Assembly (NCBI RefSeq): GCF_018977255.1
Contig: NW_024704743.1
Span: 22,384,001 to 22,448,000, forward strand
Reading direction: 5' to 3'
From: Callorhinchus milii
Taxonomy: Eukaryota
DNA: 64,000 nt
Part shown: one piece after another, positions 39,301-46,800 of the stretch
Layout of the letters: each line of letters begins with the position of its first letter
How positions within the stretch are numbered: the stretch's first letter is position 1
Notes under the pieces: model-generated
The model's input: the letters and a program-made list of their open reading frames with translations, nothing else
The model's database searches: none
Told to the model about the DNA's origin: nothing
Program-made: the position numbers and the translations under genes

Positions 39301-42300
39301 TGAAAGCATTTCCAGGAGCAGACATTTTGTACCAAATGCTTTCATCTATAATCACTCAAAAAAAGAACTTTAGGACCGATACCAAGAAATATTTCCTTCA
39401 GTATCTTGAATAGTCTTGAATAGCAAAGAAAGGAAAACAATTCGGTTGGCATTGAAGACAGATAAGATCAAATGGGCTGAAGGGCATTCTTTGTCCGAAT
39501 CACTGGACAGAAATGTCAGAACATTATTGTAAAGAGGAAGATTGACCTTCACTAAATATCCGGTCCCATGTTGTCTCAACAACCATTTCAATACCCAAGG
39601 CACAGGAAGAATAGACAACTGAAAGACGTCAATTAGGACCACCTTATAATTTTTGAGATTCTGCTGAAATTTGATTCAAATTAAGTCAAGACACATTTCG
39701 CAAAAGGTTCCTACCCTAGTAGCCAGTAACAGCTGACTATGTGTGGTGCAGAGAGGACCATAAAGCACAAGTGAAACCAACGATAATAATGATATGCAAT
39801 AATTAGATTGACTACTAACCTTTACCATGCCTGGAGGTGGCTTCTCGTAACTATCAAAGAAATAAAAAAATTCACATTTCTTAAACAGCTCACATGAGAA
39901 ATATTCAATTGCTGTTGCTTTGCACCAGTTTGTCCTCCCCTTTAATAAATTTACCTGGCTTCAGACTTTGCAATTAAGAGACAGAAACAAATTAATTTGC
40001 AACCAAATTGAATATTAATGAAAAGGGATGTCCTATGACTCAGTGCACAAGTTTCAGCATTAAGGAACAAGATTGGCAGAGTATCTCCTTTCTCACGTAT
40101 TCAAGACTTGGCTACTAAAAACTACCAAATCAATGCAGAATTTGTTGAGGCCGAGTTGGCAAAATTGCTTCACTATGACAGAAGTACCATCTCAGGAACA
40201 CAGAAAGGTAGTTACTGAAGGAACAGGGAAAACACTGATCCCCATTTTGAAAATATCAATCAAAGAGCAGCATTGTTTATCTTAGAAGCATAGAAATTTA
40301 CAACGCAGAAGGGGGTAGTTCAGCCCATCAAATACGAACCGGCTTTCAGAGCAAATTGTTCATTCACTTCCACTGCCATGCCTTAACCCCATACCCCTCC
40401 AAGCCTCTTCCTTTCATATACCTGCCCTTCCCTCTGGAAACCCGCATGGGCTCTGCCTCTCCCGCCTTACTTGGCAGGGATTTCAACATTCCAACAACTT
40501 TCAGAGTGAAAGAAAATTCTACTAAACTCTCCTTTTGCTCTTTTCGCACAGTTGTATCACGTTCGTCACATCCAGGAGCCACTAACACAAACTCCCGCTT
40601 GTCGGCCTCCCCAACTCCTCCCTCCACAGGCTGCAGATCATCCAGAACTCTGCTGCCCTTGTCCTCTCCCGCACCAGGCTTTGCGACTCTATCACCCACA
40701 TCCTTGCCCGACTGCATTGGCTCCCCATCTCTCAGTTCAAGATTCTGGTCCTCAGCTTCAAAGCCCTCCTCCCTACCTCTGTGACCTCCTAACCCCCTAC
40801 CAACATGTCTGCCCCTTCTCTCAGTGGGCTCTGCCCTGGTTCAAATCACCCGCCTTCAGCCTCTCTGTCCCCACCCTCTGGAACTCAATCCCACAGTCCC
40901 TCCACCTCGCTCCCCTCCCTCAACCAACCGTGTCATTAGTCACCCTCCTACCTCTACCCTCTCCACCCTCCACCTAACCACCAGCTCGGGTGTGTTTTCC
41001 TAACTGTTCTGCGCCTTGAGACGTCCTCCTGATGTGAAAGGTGCTATACAAATGTAATTTGTTGGAGTTGTAAGTAAAGCAGGGAGCCACTAGTGACCAT
41101 CCAACTCAAGAAAAATGAGCATACTCCAAGGCCAAATTGGTACTCCAAGATTAGTACCCCAATAACCAACCTACACAATTATAGCAAATCTATTTCAAAT
41201 ACATACTCACAAAAAATTAAGACATGTATCACGGATTGAGACACAATCTTAAACCGTTTGTATCAAGGGAAAAAAAGATAAAGTATTGGAATTTGGTTAT
41301 GATCACACAGTAATTACAGAAGCAGAGAATAGGTATCCTGGTCACACTGTAAGTTGGGTAATGCTGCACAGTGCAAGGAACAGGATTTTGAAAAGGTTTT
41401 GGAGTTGTGTACTGGTCAGAAATAAAATCAGTGGAATTTTTTTGATTAGCTGGGTGACATGTCACGAAGATGTCTCGAAGCGCTTCACAGGATTTACTGT
41501 AAAGTGTACTGACTCTGTTTTTTGTGGGCGAATGTGGCAGCCAATTTGCGCACACCAACACCCCACAAACAGCCATGGAGTGAGTGACTAATTTTATCTG
41601 GGCGATTGTTGGCAACTGGCTTGGGAACTGGACTGCTGAGACAGCCACACAGGGTTGGTCCATTCCCGACACTCTTTTGCCAAGGAGACCCCGCTTACCT
41701 CGCCCCAACCAAGGCGGGCAATACTCTCCAGAATAAGATAAGGCAGGGTGCTCCCTTGTTGGCGAGATTGTACATTTCTATTCCAGACAGGGAAATGTCC
41801 ATGTTTAGATAGGCATACATACATGGTACTCCCAGTATGATTTGGATATTCTTAAATACCGTAATGGGTTTATGCTTGTGCCAAACACCCAGGTAACCCC
41901 CAAAAATGTGAGTAACTCGAAAAAGAGCAGAGAACTTGAGTGGTTAGCTCCAGTGGGGGAACCATCACCAGTATCAGCTGCACAGGCAAATGACATCCCC
42001 CTTTCTGGACTTTCCAATGGAACCAGGAAGTACATGCAAGTATTTATCCAGATGGCAATAATTACAACTCATATTTCTACAGCACCCTTCATGGGGGGGG
42101 GTGGGGGTGGTATCGTCTCGGAGCACTTTAAGCAGCTCGAAGCTATGATACAAAGACAAGGTGTGTGTTTTGAAAGGATGAGATCGAAAGGGTCACCATC
42201 ACCTGAATCGACTTTATGATCTTGCGTTATAGGCGTTAAGCTCTCTGTGAGGCTCCTGGCGTGACGGGCGCTATAGCATAATAATAGTAATATGTCTCAA

Positions 42301-43387
42301 AGCGCTTCACGGAATATGCTGTAAAGTGAATTGACTGTGATATTTTGTGGGCAAAACACGATAGCTGCCAGTGCTGCTTGTTGTTGTTGTTGTTGTTGTG
42401 TGAGCGGGGGAGGGGCTGCTGGTGGGGGGGGGCTGCTGGTGGGTGGGGGGGCTGCTGGTGGGTGGGGGGAGGGGCTGCTGGTGGGTGGGGGGAGGGGCTG
42501 CTGGTGGGTGGGGGGAGGGGCTGCTGGTGGGGGGAGGGGCTGCTGGTGGGGGGAGGGGCTGCTGGTGGGTGGGAGGGGCTGCTGGTGGGGGAGGGCTGCT
42601 GGTGGGTGGGGGGCTGCTGGTGGGTGGGGGGAGGGGCTGCTGGTGGGTGGGGGAGGGGCTGCTGGTGGGTGGGGGAGGGGCTGCTGGTGGGTGGGGGGAG
42701 TGGCTGCTGGTGGGTGGGGGGGGCTGCTGGTGGGTGGGGGGAGGGGCTGCTGGTGGGTGGGGGGCTGCTGGTGGGTGGGGGGAGGGCTGCTGGTGGGTGG
42801 GGAGGGGCTGCTGGTGGGTGGGGGGAGGGCTGCTGCTGGTGGGGGAGGCGCTGCTGGTGGGTGGGGGGGAGGGGCTGCTGGTGGGTGGGGGAGGGGCTGC
42901 TGGTGGGGGAGGGGGGGGGAGGGGCTGCTGGTGGGTGGGGGAGGGGCTGCTGGTGGGTGGGGGAGGGGCTGCTGGTGGGTGGGGGGAGGGGCTGCTGCTG
43001 GTGGGGGGAGGGGCTGCTGGTGGGTGGGGGGGAGGGGCTGCTGGTGGGTGGGGGGAGGGGCTGCTGGTGGGTGGGGGGGTCGGGGGGAGTGGCTGCTGGT
43101 GGGGGGGTGGGGGGAGGGGCTGCTGGTGGGGGGGTCGGGGGGAGGGGCGGCCGCTGCGGCGCTGTCGGACCGTTTACCCGTCGCCTTGTGCCCGTCTGCC
43201 CTCACGCGGGATTTATTTTTGTTTTTTGCTCTTACAACGTCTCCACATGTTTGATTTTCTTCACTTCCTGGTGCAGCCGCTTCTTCTTCTTCTTGTACCG
43301 GTCCCGGTCCCGGTCCCTCTCCCGCTCCCCGTCGGGCTCCTTCTCCTCCCGTTTGCGCCGCTTCGACCGCCTCTCGCTCTCGGCCAT
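30163..43387 (-). CDS. RP9: RP9 / PAP-1 pre-mRNA splicing factor, complement(join(30163..30340,32075..32136,35202..35293,37913..38042,39820..39850,43236..43387)), 214 aa
   Basis: Six GT-AG exons (152, 31, 130, 92, 62, 178 nt) join in frame to 645 nt. The translation contains the RP9 motifs FYEKPPPG, KPEDCIPD.PGNE.AR.FLAHAPTKGLWMPLG.EVKVMQCWRCK..GHRTGD.ECPFF, AHEDPMYD and RIQQLKQLLED, plus a Lys-rich tail. Confidence 0.97.
32075..32136 (-). CDS. RP9: RP9 exon 5 (AHEDPMYDVIRENKRHEKET-R)
   Basis: Acceptor CTTCACTAG, donor CAG|GTGAGT. Confidence 0.96.
33112..33450 (+). mobile_element. L2 3' end, same young subfamily as 52659-53334
   Basis: Near-identical 3' UTR and (TTG)n tail. Confidence 0.9.
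33508..33860 (+). mobile_element. unclassified ~600-bp element, internally deleted copy in RP9 intron 4
   Basis: 5' half and 3' end colinear with 17105-17703. Confidence 0.75.
35202..35293 (-). CDS. RP9: RP9 exon 4 (C-WRCKHFGHRTGDRECPFFISGNQKLEHFRV; CCHC knuckle)
   Basis: Acceptor TTTCCAG, donor GTA|GTAAGT. Confidence 0.96.
36103..36428 (-). mobile_element. tRNA-derived SINE, long subfamily (5'-clipped), RP9 intron 3
   Basis: Same architecture as the 23392 copy. Confidence 0.85.
37192..37691. repeat. 16-bp minisatellite (CCCATTTGTAGGAGTG / CCCATTTGTATTAGTC) in RP9 intron 3
   Basis: About 31 units; alternating A/B variants at left, more diverged at right. Confidence 0.95.
37913..38042 (-). 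CDS. RP9: RP9 exon 3 (EDDDKPEDCIPDLPGNEGARDFLAHAPTKGLWMPLGREVKVMQ-C)
   Basis: Acceptor TTTGTTCAG, donor T|GTAAGC; conserved RP9 core. Confidence 0.96.
38153..38463 (-). mobile_element. tRNA-derived SINE (short subfamily) in RP9 intron 2
   Basis: Same architecture as the other short copies. Confidence 0.85.
38834..39075 (+). mobile_element. L2 3' end, young subfamily
   Basis: Near-identical 3' UTR; TTGAAGTG duplicated at both ends. Confidence 0.9.
39820..39850 (-). CDS. RP9: RP9 exon 2 (F-YEKPPPGMVK)
   Basis: 31-nt exon, acceptor TTTGATAG, donor AAG|GTTAGT. Confidence 0.93.
40282..40530 (-). mobile_element. CR1 3' end
   Basis: CATAGAAATTTACAACGCAGAAGG...TTCAGCCCATC reverse tail. Related tails at ~4745-4810, 16845-16965, 19075-19200 and 27797-27885. 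Confidence 0.7.
40565..41070 (+). mobile_element. L2 3' fragment in RP9 intron 1
   Basis: IIQNSA and PTLWNSIPQSL motifs plus tail. Confidence 0.85.
42405..43150 (+). repeat. G-rich minisatellite, ~23-bp unit GGGGCTGCTGGTGGGTGGGGGGA, in RP9 intron 1
   Basis: About 30 tandem copies read directly; G-run lengths vary. Confidence 0.95.
43236..43387 (-). CDS. RP9: RP9 exon 1 (MAESERRSKRRKREEKEPDGERERDRDRDRYKKKKKRLHQEVKKIKHVETF)
   Basis: ATG at 43387 (gtaATGG), donor TT|GTAAGA, phase 2 matches exon 2. Confidence 0.92.
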
Positions 43388-43672
43388 TACCCACAACCCC
43401 CCACTCCCTCACACCGCTCCCCCTCCCTCCCTCCCCTCCCGGCCCCGCCCCCCGTCCCGCCCCGCGCTGCTCTACGTCACTGTACCGTCCTGCGCAGGCG
43501 CAAACCCGCCCCATGCTGGCTGCGCGTCCAAGACAATAACTTCCGGTCTGGCCTCCCCCCCCCCCCCCTCACGCGCGCTCGGCCACACTGAGTGGGTGGG
43601 GGGGGTGGGGTTTGTTGCACCGGACGTGACGTACCGCACACACACCAAAAAAACGCCATCGAAAAAAGAGCG
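43388..43672. promoter_or_regulatory. bidirectional CpG-rich promoter shared by RP9 and GGCT
   Basis: 285 bp between divergent ATGs. GC boxes (CCCGCCCC at ~43444, ~43456, ~43505), CRE/ATF half-sites (TACGTCA ~43473, GACGTGACGT ~43623), NRF1-like TGCGCAGGCGCA at 43491-43502, ETS ACTTCCGG ~43539. Confidence 0.85.
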
Positions 43673-43885
43673 ATGGGAAGCGTTGACGGTCGAGTCACCG
43701 GCCGATGGGCCCGAGCGCCACTGGCAGCGCTGCTCGGCCTGGTCGCCATGGTGACCGACCTGGACGGCGGCCGCCCCGACCACCCAGCCAGCTTCCTGTA
43801 CTTCAGCTACGGCAGCAACCTGCTGCAGCAGAGGCTCCGGCTCAACAACCCCTCGGCCGTGAAAGTCAACGTGGGCTGTCTGAAG
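43673..43885 (+). CDS. GGCT: GGCT exon 1 (MGSVDGRVTGRWARAPLAALLGLVA-MVTDLDGGRPDHPASFLYFSYGSNLLQQRLRLNNPSAVKVNVGCLK)
   Basis: In-frame ATGs at 43673 (gcgATGG) and 43748 (gccATGG); donor AAG|GTGGGG. Confidence 0.88.
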
Positions 43886-46800
43886 GTGGGGAGTGGGTAC
43901 TGCTGTCAGAGCGGGGAGTTGGGGGGAGTGGGTACTGCTGTCAGAGCGGGGAGTTGGGGGGAGTGGGTACTGCTGTCAGAGCGGGGAGTTGGGGGGGAGT
44001 GGGTTTGCTGTCAGAGCGGGGAGTTGGGGGGAGTGGGTTTGCTGTCAGAGCGGGGAGTTGGGGGGAGTGGGTTTGCTGTCAGAGCGGGGAGTTGGGGGGA
44101 GTGGGTCTGCTGTCAGAGCGGGGAGTTGGGGGGGAGTGGGTACTGCTGTCAGAGCGGGGAGTTGGGGGGGAGTGGGTACTGCTGTCAGAGCGGGGAGTTG
44201 GGAGGGGATTGGGTTTGCTGTCAGAGTGGGGAGTTGGGGGGAGTGGGTACTGCTGTCAGAGCGGGGAGTTGGGGGGAGTGGGTACTGCTGTCAGAGCGGG
44301 GAGTTGGGGGGGAGTGGGTACTGCTGTCAGAGCGGGGAGTGGGGGGAGTGGGTACTGCTGTCAGAGCGGGGAGTTGGGGGGGAGTGGGTACTGCTGTCAG
44401 AGCGGGGAGTTGGGGGGAGTGGGTACTGCTGTCAGAGCGGGGAGTTGGGGGGAGTGGGTTTGCTGTCAGAGCGGGGGAGGGGGGAGTGGTATGCTGTCAG
44501 AGCGGGGAGTGGGGGGAGTGGTTTGCTGTCAGAGCGGGGAGTTGGGGGGGAGTGGTTTGCTGTCAGAGCGGGGAGTTGGGGGGGAGTGGTACTGCTGTCA
44601 GAGCGGGGAGTTGGGGGGAGTGGGTTTGCTGTCAGAGCGGGGAGTTGGGGGGAGTGGGTACTGCTGTCAGAGCGGGGAGTTGGGGGAGTGGGTACTGCTG
44701 TCAGAGCGGGGAGTTGGGGGGAGTGGGTACTGCTGTCAGAGCGGGGAGTTGGGGGAGTGGGTTTGCTGTCAGAGCGGGGAGTTGGGGGAGTGGGTACTGC
44801 TGTCAGAGCGGGGAGTTGGGGGGAGTGGTTTGCTGTCAGAGCGGGAGTTGGGGGGAGTGGGTTTGCTGTCAGAGCGGGGAGTTGGGGGGGAGTGGGTACT
44901 GCTGTCAGAGCGGGGAGTTGGGGGGAGTGGGTTTGCTGTCAGAGCGGGGAGTTGGGGGGAGTGGGTCTGCTGTCAGAGCGGGGAGTTGGGGGGAGTGGGT
45001 TTGCTGTCAGAGCGGGGAGTTGGGGGAGTGGGTCTGCTGTCAGAGCGGGGAGTTGGGGGGAGTGGGTCTGCTGTCAGAGCGGGGAGTTGGGGGGAGTGGT
45101 ACTGCTGTCAGAGCGGGGAGTTGGGGGAGTGGTACTGCTGTCAGAGCGGGGAGTTGGGGGGGAGTGGGTTTGTTGTCAGAGCGGGGAGTTGGGGGGAGTG
45201 GGTACTGCTGTCAGAGCGGGAGTTGGGGGGAGTGGGTACTGCTGTCAGAGCGGGGAGTTGGGGGGAGTGGGTACTGCTGTCAGAGCGGGGAGTTGGGGGG
45301 AGTGGGTACTGCTGTCAGAGCGGGGAGTTGGGGGAGTGGGTTTGCTGTCAGAGCGGGGAGTTGGGGGGAGTGGGTACTGCTGTCAGAGCGGGGAGTTGGG
45401 GGGAGTGGGTTGCTGTCAGAGCGGGGAGTTGGGGGGAGTGGGTACTGCTGTCAGAGCGGGGAGTTGGGGGAGTGGGTTGCTGTCAGAGCGGGGAGTTGGG
45501 GGAGTGGGTTTGCTGTCAGAGCGGGGAGTTGGGGGGGAGTGGTACTGCTGTCAGAGCGGGGAGTTGGGGGGAGTGGGTACTGCTGTCAGAGCGGGGAGTT
45601 GGGGGGGGGTGGTACTGCTGTCAGAGCGGGGAGTTGGGGGGAGTGGGGTACTGCTGTCAGAGCGGGGAGTTGGGGGGGAGTGGGTACTGCTGTCAGAGCG
45701 GGGAGTTGGGGGGAGTGGGTACTGCTGTCAGAGCGGGGAGTTGGGGGGAGTGGGTACTGCTGTCAGAGCGGGGAGTTGGGGGGAGTGGGTACTGCTGTCA
45801 GAGCGGGGAGTTGGGGGGAGTGGGTACTGCTGTCAGAGCGGGGAGTTGGGGGGAGTGGGTACTGCTGTCAGAGCGGGGAGTTGGGGGGAGTGGGTACTGC
45901 TGTCAGAGCGGGGAGTTGGGGGGAGTGGGTCTGCTGTCAGAGCGGGGAGTTGGGGGGAGTGGGTACTGCTGTCAGAGCGGGGAGTTGGGGGGGGGAGTGG
46001 GTCTGCTGTCAGAGCGGGGAGTTGGGGGGGGAGTGGGTCCTGCTGTCACGCTTTAGGTCACCTTCCCACCCCACCCCACCCCCCCGTTGGCTGCACCCCT
46101 CTACACCCTTCTCAAATCCAACCACCAGTTCAGGTGCACACCCTCAACTGTCCAGCTCCTTGGGACATGCTTCAGGTCGCCGAGACAACAACAAGACTAC
46201 ACTTGTATAGCCCCTTTCATGTCGGGAGGACGTCCCAAGGCGCTGGACGGAGTACAGCATTTCAGACCCGAGCTGGGGTCGGGAGGAGAAGGGGAAGGGG
46301 GGTGGCCGATGGCATGGTCGAAGAGGAGGGTCTTGAGGCGGGACTTGAAGGAGGCTACGGAGGGGGCGAGGCGGAGTGATTGGGAGGTGGAATTCCAGAG
46401 GTTGGGGGCAGAGTGGCTGAAGGCTCTCCCGCCAATGGTGAGGCGGGTGGGTCAGGGGACGTGGAGCAGGCCAGAGCCGGCTGAGCGGAGGGAGTGGGTG
46501 GGTTAGTAGGGGGTTAGGAGGTCGCAGAGGTAGGGTGGGGCGAGGCCATGGAGGGCTTTGTAGGTGAGGACCAGGATCTTGAACTGGATCCTCTGAAGGA
46601 TAGGGAGCCATTGGAGTCGGGAAAGAATGGGGGAGATGGGGGTCACAAAGTTTGGTGCGGGAGAGGACACGGGCTGCAGAGTTCTGGATTATCTGCAACC
46701 TGCAGAGGGAGGAATTGGGAAGGCCGACAAGCAGGCAAGGGCAGGTCCGCGAAGATTAAGTAAAGAGGAGAGGCGGTGTATGAGGATGGGGTGGTCGACA

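Noticed and set aside
39470..39520. DSDKECP peptide as a duplicate of RP9 exon 4
   Set aside because: Short chance match lacking the CWRCK..GH context and splice sites; the real exon 4 is 35202-35293.
42297..46379. Long ORFs of 307-872 aa (Gly/Trp/Cys-rich or Pro-rich)
   Set aside because: They are translations of two stop-free minisatellites, open in several frames. Only 43673-43885 (+) and 43236-43387 (-) are real coding exons.
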